In this document: in pieces, positions 1-8,226 of the stretch
Position numbering within the stretch: the stretch's first letter is position 1
Layout of the letters: each line of letters starts with the position of its first letter
Assembly (NCBI GenBank): GCA_001443365.1
Contig: LDXL01000004.1
Location: 166,870-190,869 of the forward strand
Reading direction: 5' to 3'
DNA from: Thaumarchaeota archaeon CSP1-1
Lineage (GTDB): Archaea; Thermoproteota; Nitrososphaeria; Nitrososphaerales; Nitrosopumilaceae
DNA: 24,000 bases
The notes under the pieces: generated by a model
Database searches by the model: none
What the model saw: the letters and a program-made list of their open reading frames with translations, nothing else
Told to the model about the DNA's origin: nothing
Position numbers and translations under genes: made by a program

Positions 1-1
1 A

Positions 2-442
2 AGCAATGATATAAACTCAATATTCATACTAAATGGACATCATGGAAATCAAAAGGCCGTAGAAAATCTAAGTAAGAAAATCAATAGACTTTCAAAGAAA
101 AAGGTTAGAGTTTTTGTCTTTTCATATTGGCATTTTATGAAACATGAATTTGACCATGCAGGATTTGTTGAAACATCACTAATGCTTGCCATATCTAAAA
201 AAGTCAAAATGAAGCGTGCTCAGGTGGGGTTGATTACAAAGAATTTGTCAAAAAAAGAAAAATCAAGAATAGCAAAACTGGCTTCAAAATCATTTCCATC
301 TGCGACTAGGAATGGCATATGGGGGAACCCAATGAAATCAACTGCAAAAGACGGCAAGAAGTTTCTAGCACAAATTGTACGTAATTTAACAAAAAAGAGT
401 CAAACATGCCTTACAGATAAAAGTCGAAAGTTACACCATTGA
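2..442 (+). CDS. Creatininase-family amidohydrolase (creatininase/ArfB-like), 5' end cut by window edge
   Basis: The frame of the tracked 137..442 ORF stays open back to base 2. The upstream part reads ..SIFILNGHHGNQKAVENL.. and the tracked part ..FDHAGFVETSLML.. These match the two metal-site signatures of the creatininase fold (NGHGGN-like and HAGxxETS). Confidence 0.7.
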   Translation, partial: SNDINSIFILNGHHGNQKAVENLSKKINRLSKKKVRVFVFSYWHFMKHEFDHAGFVETSLMLAISKKVKMKRAQVGLITKNLSKKEKSRIAKLASKSFPSATRNGIWGNPMKSTAKDGKKFLAQIVRNLTKKSQTCLTDKSRKLHH

Positions 443-487
443 AATTTTAATATAATCCCCCAATACCAGATCTAATAAGTGAATTAA

Positions 488-718
488 ATGTCAGTTGACA
501 TGGCAGTAAAAGTACTGGATGAGAGTATCAACAAAATCGTATTGATAAAGCTAAAAGGCGGAAAGACGATTCGAGGCAATCTACTCGGTTTTGACCAACA
601 CATGAACCTGCTACTCGACCAGTCAGAAGAGATCCCTTCTGAAGGCGATTCAAAGAGTCTTGGAACCATAGTTGTACGAGGAGACAATGTGGTAATGATT
701 TCACCACCACCTTCCTAG
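488..718 (+). CDS. Archaeal Sm-like (LSm/SmAP) RNA-binding protein
   Basis: 76 aa with an Sm1 motif ([24 protein letters not shown]) and an Sm2 motif ([12 protein letters not shown]). It is followed directly by the L37e gene, the conserved archaeal arrangement. Confidence 0.9.
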   Translation: MSVDMAVKVLDESINKIVLIKLKGGKTIRGNLLGFDQHMNLLLDQSEEIPSEGDSKSLGTIVVRGDNVVMISPPPS

Positions 719-724
719 GAGTGA
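717..724 (+). promoter_or_regulatory. Shine-Dalgarno-like site for L37e (AGGAGTGA) overlapping the LSm stop codon
   Basis: AGGAGTGA lies 6 nt upstream of ATG 731 and is nearly complementary to the archaeal 16S 3' tail (..AUCACCUCCU). Confidence 0.45.
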
Positions 725-730
725 TTTGAT

Positions 731-898
731 ATGGTAAGAGGCACTACTTCAATGGGTAATTTTACTCGAAAGAAGGTTCACATCAGATGTAGAAGATGTG
801 GAAAGAACTCATTTCATAGGCGTCACCACCAATGTGCTAGTTGTGGATTTCCCGACTCGAAACTAAGAAAATACTCTTGGATCAAATGGTACACATAG
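731..898 (+). CDS. rpl37e: Ribosomal protein L37e (eL37)
   Basis: 55-aa ORF below the ORF-track cutoff, translated by hand: [55 protein letters not shown]. It has a basic N-terminus and a four-Cys zinc ribbon (C20, C23, C35, C38), both typical of eL37. Confidence 0.9.
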   Translation: MVRGTTSMGNFTRKKVHIRCRRCGKNSFHRRHHQCASCGFPDSKLRKYSWIKWYT

Positions 899-902
899 AT
901 AC

Positions 903-1760
903 ATGAATTTACTATTTTCAAAGTCCAAAGTTATATCAATAGGGGCCAATTCTCACATTAAGAGCCAGTTAAATTCATTGAATATAGAAAGAGATATTCT
1001 AACTAAGACTATCTCAAGACTTTACCAACAAGATGTAGATTTATCAAAAATTCAGCGCGACAGGCTACTAATAAGATACCAACACCAGTTAGGCATAGTT
1101 TTAGCTAAAATTGAGAAATTAGAAGCTGCAAGCAAACATCCTGATTTGGGTCCTCTAGGAGATGGGTTGATTACACTAATGGACCAAAAGCTATCACAGC
1201 TTGACAAGAGGTTATACGAGCTCACATCAAAAATTAACGTAGCAAACATGCAGATAGAAGAAACAAAACCAAAGATTGAAGAACAGATAAAGAAACCAAA
1301 AGAAGAAATCAAAAAGATTGAGGTTACGCCACAAATACAAAAAGAAATAGTAAAGGAGATTTCTCAAGTACTAGTACAACCAAAACCAAGAGCATTTGAA
1401 ATTACAACTCTAACAGAATTACCATCAAATGTATTAGAATTTCCGTTAATAGAACAAAAACCACGTGAGATACAAATGGAAATAATACAAGAACAGATTG
1501 AAAAACCTCAACCAAAAGCAGGTGAAAAAAGTGAGATTCTTCAAACAAGTTTAAGTTCTATTGATTTAGAAAAATCTGAAATAATGAAAGAGATTCCAGG
1601 ACAGGAAACTCTTCCTGTTGTACCAGAACACAAACCAAAGCCCACAATAAAGTTACCAGATGAAGAAAATATCGAAGACGATGATGAGGATGATCTTGAT
1701 AGAATTAAAGGGGAGATAATGAAAACTCTCTCCAAACTTGAGCAAGCAGAGGTAGAGTAA
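903..1760 (+). CDS. Hypothetical protein: N-terminal coiled coil plus long E/K/P/Q/I-rich low-complexity region and acidic tail
   Basis: 285-aa ORF packed between L37e (5 nt upstream) and rpiA (0 nt downstream). Heptad-like N-terminal ~115 aa, then KPK/EEI-type low complexity, then EENIEDDDEDDLD near the C-terminus. I recognise no family. Confidence 0.6.
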   Translation: MNLLFSKSKVISIGANSHIKSQLNSLNIERDILTKTISRLYQQDVDLSKIQRDRLLIRYQHQLGIVLAKIEKLEAASKHPDLGPLGDGLITLMDQKLSQLDKRLYELTSKINVANMQIEETKPKIEEQIKKPKEEIKKIEVTPQIQKEIVKEISQVLVQPKPRAFEITTLTELPSNVLEFPLIEQKPREIQMEIIQEQIEKPQPKAGEKSEILQTSLSSIDLEKSEIMKEIPGQETLPVVPEHKPKPTIKLPDEENIEDDDEDDLDRIKGEIMKTLSKLEQAEVE

Positions 1761-2438
1761 TTGTCATTTGATGATGCCATTTCGGCATTGTCAACAGATG
1801 CATTAAAATTTGTTAAAGATGGATATGTTATTGGTTTAGGTAGTGGTAGGGCAGCAACTGCATTTGTCAAATCACTTGCAATATTATTACGTAAAAAAAA
1901 TATCAAAGTTCGAGGGGTTCCTACTTCACTACAAATAAAAATAATTGCAGAAGAGGGTGGAATTCACTTAATTGAAGCAGATCAAGTGGAGAAGATTGAT
2001 GTAGTTTTTGATGGAGCTGACCAGATTGATGAACAGAAAAATCTAATCAAGGGTGGAGGTGGGGCTCTTCTTAGAGAAAATATTCTCATTAACGCAGCAA
2101 AAAAAGTCGTTATTATGGCAGATAAATCAAAGTTTGTAAAATATTTTAACAGAACAGTACCTGTTGAAGTTCATCCACTTGCAAGAAATACGGTTGTAAA
2201 ATCTATTCACACTCTTGGTGGAAAACCAAAAATACGTACAATAGAACGAGGGTATCCTTTCATAACAGAAAACGGTAATGTAATTTTAGATTGTGATTTT
2301 GGAGTTATAAAAAATCCAAAATCGCTTGCACAAAAGGTTAAACTTATTCCAGGAGTTATGGAAGTAGGCATATTCACTAGAAAGCCTGACGTGATTTACA
2401 AGGCCAAAACAAACGGAAAGTTTGAGATAATAACTTAG
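1761..2438 (+). CDS. rpiA: Ribose-5-phosphate isomerase A
   Basis: RpiA motifs GLGSGRAA, DGADQID and KGGGGALLREN are present, and the length (225 aa) fits. The TTG start directly abuts the upstream stop codon. Confidence 0.9.
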   Translation: MSFDDAISALSTDALKFVKDGYVIGLGSGRAATAFVKSLAILLRKKNIKVRGVPTSLQIKIIAEEGGIHLIEADQVEKIDVVFDGADQIDEQKNLIKGGGGALLRENILINAAKKVVIMADKSKFVKYFNRTVPVEVHPLARNTVVKSIHTLGGKPKIRTIERGYPFITENGNVILDCDFGVIKNPKSLAQKVKLIPGVMEVGIFTRKPDVIYKAKTNGKFEIIT

Positions 2439-2518
2439 TCAAATTATCTGTTATGTTGTTGAATAGAATTTTAAAAGATTTTACACAGTTATATTTAGAT
2501 AATAATTCTTAAAAATTA

Positions 2519-3493
2519 TTGAAAATCATTTTTCTGCTTTTATTAATTGGATTAGGATTTATTGATTATATTAGTGAAAACACTGCCAATTCAATAGCCT
2601 ACTTTCCTCCACCGTTAAAACAGATAGCAAGTGGAACAGCACCAGAAAATGTGATATGTGCTGAAGGCCTACAAATTATCCTAAAAAAATCAAGTGGAAT
2701 ACCCGCGTGTGTAAAACCTAGTAGTGTAGCCTCTCTTATTGAACGAGGATGGGGAATTCATGTTTTACCTGATTATATCAAAGATGAAAACAATAATTCA
2801 GAGATTTTTGACGATGGTTCATTTAGTATCACTACTGAAAACGTAAACTATTCAGATGACTATGTTGGATTTCTTGCACAACCTGAAGCTTCAGGATCAT
2901 ATCCAGGGATAGTTATGATTCATGAATGGTGGGGTCTTAATGATAACATAAAACAAATGGCCAAACACGTGGCTTCTCATGGTTACATAGTTCTTGCAGT
3001 TGATTTGTATGGGAAAGAACCTGCAACTACTGCCGATGAAGCACGACAGTTAATGTTATCATATGATTTGGAAAGAGGGATTGCTAACATGAATGATGCT
3101 TCAAATTTCCTTTTAGAAAACTATCAAGTTAATAACCTTGGATCTATTGGGTGGTGCTTTGGTGGAGGCCAGTCATTAAACCTTGCATTAAATAATGATG
3201 ATTTGAATGCCACCGTAATTTATTACGGACAGTTAACTACAGACGAATCTCAACTTTCATCAATTAATTGGCCAATTTTAGGTATATTTGCAGAGCTTGA
3301 TCAAGGAATTCCTGTTGGAACTGTCAATGAATTTGAAACTTCTCTTAATAATTTGGGAATAGAAAATGAAATTTACATTTATCCTGAAGTTAATCATGCT
3401 TTTGCTAATCCATCTGGCATGAGCTATGCTCCCGAGGAAACAAAGGATGCATGGGAAAAGACAATTATATTCTTAGAAGAACATTTGAAATAA
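2519..3493 (+). CDS. Dienelactone hydrolase-family alpha/beta hydrolase with N-terminal signal/anchor and a short Cys-pair module
   Basis: GIVMIHEWWGLNDNIKQMAKHVASHGYIVLAVDLYG, a nucleophile elbow GWCFGGG and NHAF (His) match the DLH family. Hydrophobic N-terminus MKIIFLLLLIGLGF. The TTG start is tentative. Confidence 0.8.
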   Translation: MKIIFLLLLIGLGFIDYISENTANSIAYFPPPLKQIASGTAPENVICAEGLQIILKKSSGIPACVKPSSVASLIERGWGIHVLPDYIKDENNNSEIFDDGSFSITTENVNYSDDYVGFLAQPEASGSYPGIVMIHEWWGLNDNIKQMAKHVASHGYIVLAVDLYGKEPATTADEARQLMLSYDLERGIANMNDASNFLLENYQVNNLGSIGWCFGGGQSLNLALNNDDLNATVIYYGQLTTDESQLSSINWPILGIFAELDQGIPVGTVNEFETSLNNLGIENEIYIYPEVNHAFANPSGMSYAPEETKDAWEKTIIFLEEHLK

Positions 3494-3505
3494 TTTTCTA
3501 GCAGA

Positions 3506-4912
3506 TTACAATGCTACTAAGGATGTGGGCTTCCTTACAACCATTTTTCCATATCCACGTTTTCCTATAACTTCAAAATTTTCTGCAACAACTGTTCCAC
3601 GTACAATGGTCTTGACGGGCCAACCTTTGAGATTCCATCCAGCATACACAATGTAGTCAGAAAATCCTCCAAATAGATCACTTGTGACTTTTTTTTCTTT
3701 TTTCAAATCAATCATTGTGATATCTGCATCTGAATCTTTTTCTAGTGAACCCTTATTTGGATACATTCCAAAAATTTTAGCAGCGTTCGTACTTGTAATC
3801 TGTGTTAATTTTTCAAGTGAAATCCTGTTCTTATTTACTCCCTCACTCAATAGTATAGGCAAAAGTGTTCCTATTCCAGGAAAACCGGCAAGAGCATCCC
3901 AAACATCATTTCCTCCTAGTTTTAGCTTCAGTTGGTTTGCAACATGATCAGTTCCAATTGTATTGATTTGTCCATCATGAATTGCATTCCAAACACTTTC
4001 TACATCCTTTGATGTCCTAATTGGTGGCATCACCTTTGCAAGATATCCTTCTTGCTTTTCATAAGATAAAGTCAGATAGTGAGGACATGTTTCTACAAAG
4101 ATCTTGGTACCATTTTTTTTCTCTTCTAATATCTGATTTAGTGCATCAGCTGAACCAATATGAACAAAGTATAATGTACAACCGCATTCTCTTGCAAATT
4201 TAGAAATTGTTTTTATCGATTTGACTTCAGATTGAGTAGATCTACTTTGAGACCATGCCGCAAGACCATCTTCATTTTTTTCCTTGGCAGTTTTGATACC
4301 ACAGGAACACATCTCATAATCTTCAGCATGAACTAAAACTGGACATCCCAATGATGCAGCGTTTTGAACAACTTTCTGAATTATTTCAGATGTTATCTCA
4401 ACTTTGGCCTCACGCAGAGAATTTGTACCAGGTTCCATATCCATGTAAACATGGCCAACATCTCCACCTAGATTCATGTATAGTTTGAATGAGGTTATCC
4501 ATTTATCAAGACAAAATTTCATTTCATCAATCTGTTGATTATTAAAAATTGAAGCATGAATGGAATAATCAATATAATGACTTTGGGAGCTTGCAATAAG
4601 TTGTGGTATCAATGAATTTTTGTATGATCCCCCCAGTCTAAGCATTCTCATCATTGTGGTGATTCCACCAATTGCTGCTGCATGAGACTCTGTTCCAGCT
4701 GCCTTTTCTATTGAAGAATAAACACCATAATGTACGTGGGGATCAATGACTCCGGGAATCGAAATCAATCCATTTCCATTTATTTTATTGTCACAAGATG
4801 GAACATCACTAGTAAAATCAACTATCTTTTCCTCATCGATGACGATGTTTTTGTTAACCATTCCTTGAGGAAGAATTACGTGCGAATCAACAATTACAGT
4901 ATCATATGTCAT
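3506..4912 (-). CDS. Cyclic amidohydrolase (dihydropyrimidinase/hydantoinase/dihydroorotase family)
   Basis: 468 aa with the metal-ligand signatures VIDPHVHYG (HxH), SFKLYM (carbamylated-Lys position), VHAED, VHIGS and GTDH. Confidence 0.8.
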   Translation of the reverse strand: MTYDTVIVDSHVILPQGMVNKNIVIDEEKIVDFTSDVPSCDNKINGNGLISIPGVIDPHVHYGVYSSIEKAAGTESHAAAIGGITTMMRMLRLGGSYKNSLIPQLIASSQSHYIDYSIHASIFNNQQIDEMKFCLDKWITSFKLYMNLGGDVGHVYMDMEPGTNSLREAKVEITSEIIQKVVQNAASLGCPVLVHAEDYEMCSCGIKTAKEKNEDGLAAWSQSRSTQSEVKSIKTISKFARECGCTLYFVHIGSADALNQILEEKKNGTKIFVETCPHYLTLSYEKQEGYLAKVMPPIRTSKDVESVWNAIHDGQINTIGTDHVANQLKLKLGGNDVWDALAGFPGIGTLLPILLSEGVNKNRISLEKLTQITSTNAAKIFGMYPNKGSLEKDSDADITMIDLKKEKKVTSDLFGGFSDYIVYAGWNLKGWPVKTIVRGTVVAENFEVIGKRGYGKMVVRKPTSLVAL

Positions 4913-4990
4913 CTATTTTTCTGAAAAGACTTCTCTGGGTTTTATTCGTTGAGTAAATGAATAAAAACAGATTCTTTTGTGGTAAGGGAA

Positions 4991-5062
4991 GGGCCGGTGG
5001 TTTAGTGGTATAACGCCGCGTTCGCAACGCGGATGTCGAGGGTTCAATTCCCTCCCGGTCCA
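4991..5062 (+). tRNA. tRNA-Ala (anticodon CGC)
   Basis: Hand-folded cloverleaf. Acceptor GGGCCGG/CCGGTCC includes the G3:U70 alanine identity pair. Anticodon stem CCGCG/CGCGG with loop TTCGCAA. T arm GAGGG-TTCAATT-CCCTC. Discriminator A. CCA is not encoded. Confidence 0.92.
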
Positions 5063-5105
5063 CTACCTAGAAACTATTATACATAAACCAAGAATATTGA
5101 TTTTC

Positions 5106-5468
5106 ATGAAGGTTTTCAATGGAAAACAAGCTGCAGAAGACTATATGTCAAGTCATACACTTGCATTTTCTACTCCAGAGTTGACCCTGATGAGATTTTC
5201 ATTTTGGTTAGGAGATATGGTTCCTGATCCAACTAAGAAAGAAAATAGTATACCAAGATTACTGACATTTGTTGAAGAAAAAGATTTTGAACCTGTTCAA
5301 ATTATTGATGATGAAAAATATGAACCAACAGGTGCGGTGAGGGGTTCTGGGATGTATGGCAATACTGCTCCTCAAACCAGTTCTAATACAAAATTTTGTT
5401 CTGAATGTGGAGGTAAAATTGCTTCAGCAGCAAGATTTTGTACTGAATGTGGTGCAACCCAAGTATAA
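5106..5468 (+). CDS. Hypothetical protein with C-terminal zinc-ribbon tail
   Basis: Ends in KFCSECGGKIASAARFCTECGATQV (C-x2-CG-x7-R-FC-x2-CG). I prefer ATG 5106 to the TTG at 5097 used by the ORF track. Confidence 0.6.
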   Translation: MKVFNGKQAAEDYMSSHTLAFSTPELTLMRFSFWLGDMVPDPTKKENSIPRLLTFVEEKDFEPVQIIDDEKYEPTGAVRGSGMYGNTAPQTSSNTKFCSECGGKIASAARFCTECGATQV

Positions 5469-5486
5469 TTTTTATTTATAATTTTT

Positions 5487-6029
5487 CTAAACTTTGTTTC
5501 CGCACTTTGTACAAAACTTTGCGTGTATTCTAAGTTCTGCACCACAACCTGTACAATGCATTCCACTACCTGGAGATCGTGATATTAATGAAGGATCTGG
5601 AGTTGGAAGTGTACCAGGTTGACTAAAACCTTGTTGGGCTGAAATTACTGAAGGTGGTGCACCTACTGGATTTTGATTAGTTCCAACACGTGCAGCGGAG
5701 GGTTGCATTCCCATTCCACCCATCATTCCTGGAGAACCCATACCAGGCATTAATCCAGGTGAATGGGTTCCACCTAGTGCTACACCCCCAGAAATTTTGT
5801 CAAGTGCTTTTTTCATTTCAAAAATAACTTTGATTGAAAGAAACTCAAGTGCAGAGTACGCAACAACATAATCACCTAGCTTTTGAAAAAATTGCTTATC
5901 AGTAAGTTTTCCATTTTTGTAAAGATTATTTGCATCAAGAAATGATTCATAGTATCCTTGTGACTGATCAAACAACGCATTTAATTTGTCTGTTAGAAGA
6001 TTTAATGTATCTATTTCACCAAGCGACAT
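5487..6029 (-). CDS. Hypothetical protein: helical N-domain, Gly/Met/Pro-rich linker, C-terminal zinc-ribbon tail
   Basis: 180 aa. The linker reads GGVALGGTHSPGLMPGMGSPGMMGGMGMQP. The tail reads MHCTGCGAELRIHAKFCTKCGNKV. Confidence 0.6.
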   Translation of the reverse strand: MSLGEIDTLNLLTDKLNALFDQSQGYYESFLDANNLYKNGKLTDKQFFQKLGDYVVAYSALEFLSIKVIFEMKKALDKISGGVALGGTHSPGLMPGMGSPGMMGGMGMQPSAARVGTNQNPVGAPPSVISAQQGFSQPGTLPTPDPSLISRSPGSGMHCTGCGAELRIHAKFCTKCGNKV

Positions 6030-6094
6030 GTGATTTTAATCTGACATTTCGAATATTAATTACTTTAGATTAAAAACGAAAAAATAGTACAAGT

Positions 6095-6436
6095 CTAGAC
6101 TTTTTCTAGTGCTCTTTCAATCATATTTTTGTAGGATTCTTTTGATGCAGCACCAACTTGCTGGGCAATAATCTGACCTTTACTGAAAATTGCTAGAGTA
6201 GGAATACTAAACACATTGTATTTTGATGCTAGTTCATTAGCGTGATCTACATTTACTTTGACAAAATCTACCTTGCCGTCGTATTCTTCTGATAGTTCTT
6301 CTACAACTGGACTGACCATTCTGCAGGGACCACACCATTCTGCCCAAAAGTCAACAAAAACGGGCATTGAAGATCTCATTACATCAGTTTCCCAACTCTT
6401 TGTGTCTGACACTTGCTTGACTGCCATTGTAAACAT
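6095..6436 (-). CDS. trxA: Thioredoxin
   Basis: Canonical WAEWCGPCRM active site, a cis-Pro region (SIPTLAIF) and typical length (113 aa). Confidence 0.92.
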   Translation of the reverse strand: MFTMAVKQVSDTKSWETDVMRSSMPVFVDFWAEWCGPCRMVSPVVEELSEEYDGKVDFVKVNVDHANELASKYNVFSIPTLAIFSKGQIIAQQVGAASKESYKNMIERALEKV

Positions 6437-6547
6437 AATTCATCCAAACATCCCTAAATATGTTCACACTATTTTGAAGCCAATTGAAGACTCAAATTGT
6501 TCTCAAAAAATTTAGGGTGTTTTCAAATTTGATGAATATATACTTAA

Positions 6548-7381
6548 ATGACCTTTTGGGAAATCTCAGATATGAGCTTCGAATCAAGGACGAAGAAATT
6601 AAGGGGTTCTGGCGGTTATATTATGGCCTCAATCAATGACGAACTACAAAGAAAAGGGAACTTGGGAGGGCCAGATTTATTTTTGGCGCCAGTTGGACGA
6701 ATTGATTCAGAGAAAATTTCAAAATTTTATTGTAATACTTGTGAAAAAGACTATGAAGGAGCTCCTAGGATCCAATTTGAAAATCCAAATGAGGAGGTTG
6801 CAGAAAATCTAATTCTTGTAGAGAAGGGGCAATACATTTGCACAACTTGCGGCTCTACTCTAGCAGAATACAGAGAATTCAAAAAACCAAACGAGGCAAT
6901 AGATACAGGCAATGCAAGACCAATGACTCCACGATATGATTCAATAATATCACCTTCTAAACCAATTCAACAATCATTTCCACCACCTAGTCCAACTGTT
7001 ACAATTCCTGACTTTGATTCTCAGATGCTTCCAAGCTCTAATTTACAAGAAGATATTGTACGCCAATCTCAGCAAACTAATTCATCTTTTAATGCAATCG
7101 CAGGAATGACAGTTTATGACGAGAAAGCCAAAAGAATGGGAATAGTAAAACAAGTAGGTGTTGATGCAACTCAAAATGTCGTACTAATTATAACAAAAAA
7201 TGATGGAAGTGAAGTAAGTGTAAAATGGAATCAAATTAAAAAAATCGGAGAGATAATTCTGCTCGGCGAAGGACAAGCGGGAAATACTGGCACAATACAG
7301 TCAGTCTTAAAATGTTCTAGCTGCGGTTTTGATAACAAGCCAGGCTCTAAATTCTGTCAGAGTTGTGGCTCTCAAGTATAG
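6548..7381 (+). CDS. Zinc-ribbon / PRC-barrel domain protein with C-terminal zinc-ribbon tail
   Basis: N-terminal C-x2-C...C-x2-C pair (FYCNTCEKD...YICTTCGST), a P/S/Q-rich linker, a PRC-barrel-like segment (MTVYDEKAKRMGIVKQVGVDATQNVVLIITKNDGSEVSVKWNQIKKIGEIILLG), and the tail LKCSSCGFDNKPGSKFCQSCGSQV. The true start may be ATG 6572, because the AATATATA box at 6535-6542 is too close to 6548. Confidence 0.65.
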   Translation: MTFWEISDMSFESRTKKLRGSGGYIMASINDELQRKGNLGGPDLFLAPVGRIDSEKISKFYCNTCEKDYEGAPRIQFENPNEEVAENLILVEKGQYICTTCGSTLAEYREFKKPNEAIDTGNARPMTPRYDSIISPSKPIQQSFPPPSPTVTIPDFDSQMLPSSNLQEDIVRQSQQTNSSFNAIAGMTVYDEKAKRMGIVKQVGVDATQNVVLIITKNDGSEVSVKWNQIKKIGEIILLGEGQAGNTGTIQSVLKCSSCGFDNKPGSKFCQSCGSQV

Positions 7382-7405
7382 CAGGTAACAAACAAAGGTT
7401 TTCTG

Positions 7406-8149
7406 ATGAAATCAAGTATGGAACATAAAATGAAAAGCGGTATGGTTCCAAAGGGAATTCTCAAGGATATCATTATTGTTGTAATTGGTGTTCTAATAAT
7501 ATGGATGGGTCTTCGAGTAGTCTTTGGTACTGAAAATCCATTTTATGTTGTTTCAAGCGGAAGTATGATACCTGAGTTACAGGTATTTGATGTACTAGTT
7601 GTACAAGGAAACGATCCATTTGAATCAGTAAAAATTGGCGATGTAATTGTCTTTGACCGACCTGAAGGTCAAGATCGTGTAATTGTGCATAGGGTTGCTG
7701 CAATACTCAATGAAGATCCTTATACCATCAGAACCAAAGGAGATGCAAACCCAGCTTCAATTCCGGGAACTGACTTTCCAATAACAGAAGAAGAATACAT
7801 TGGAAAAGTTGCATATGTAATACCACAAGTTGGATATGTAACTAGAGTTCTCACTCCTCCAATTAATTATATTATTATTGCTATAATTATTGCTGTTATG
7901 ATTGGCAAACAATTAAGGAAAACTAAAAAGGAACATGAATTATCTGATTCATTTGATTTTGATTCAAACAATAAAGACAATCAACCGCCTAAAGAGTTAG
8001 CTGACTTTGATATTCCAGATGATAAGGAATACTCTAAAGATTTTAAAAAAACTGAAAGTTCAGAACCTGAATTTTATAATGAAAAAATTTCAGAATCAAA
8101 GGATTATACTGAAGCCCAATCAAAAAATAATAAAGACGATAAAAAATAA
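7406..8149 (+). CDS. Signal peptidase I, archaeal/ER Sec11 type (S26B), with extra C-terminal TM and charged tail
   Basis: N-terminal TM helix, catalytic Ser box SSGSMIPEL, His box VIVHRV and the GDAN box. A second TM (INYIIIAIIIAVMIG) is followed by a ~80-aa K/D/E/S-rich tail. Confidence 0.8.
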   Translation: MKSSMEHKMKSGMVPKGILKDIIIVVIGVLIIWMGLRVVFGTENPFYVVSSGSMIPELQVFDVLVVQGNDPFESVKIGDVIVFDRPEGQDRVIVHRVAAILNEDPYTIRTKGDANPASIPGTDFPITEEEYIGKVAYVIPQVGYVTRVLTPPINYIIIAIIIAVMIGKQLRKTKKEHELSDSFDFDSNNKDNQPPKELADFDIPDDKEYSKDFKKTESSEPEFYNEKISESKDYTEAQSKNNKDDKK

Positions 8150-8197
8150 AATCTAAACTTTCTTCTAACTAAACCAATCACAGAATCATAAGATCAT

Positions 8198-8205
8198 TTA
8201 TAATT
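8198..8205 (+). promoter_or_regulatory. Putative TATA box of the cupredoxin gene
   Basis: TTTATAAT ends about 21 nt upstream of ATG 8227. Other genes in this window show the same geometry. Confidence 0.35.
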
Positions 8206-8226
8206 AGATAAATTTTAACGCATTTT

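Noticed and set aside
2-4912. Creatininase-family and hydantoinase-family genes in the same window, as a creatinine/N-methylhydantoin nitrogen-scavenging pathway.
   Set aside because: They are about 3 kb apart, on opposite strands and separated by unrelated housekeeping genes. Archaeal creatininase homologues are often riboflavin/F420-pathway deformylases, and the amidohydrolase could simply be a pyrimidine-pathway enzyme. No linkage evidence.
6258-6515. 85-aa plus-strand ORF overlapping trxA.
   Set aside because: It is antisense to a canonical thioredoxin (WCGPC) and its translation is S/T-rich with no motif.
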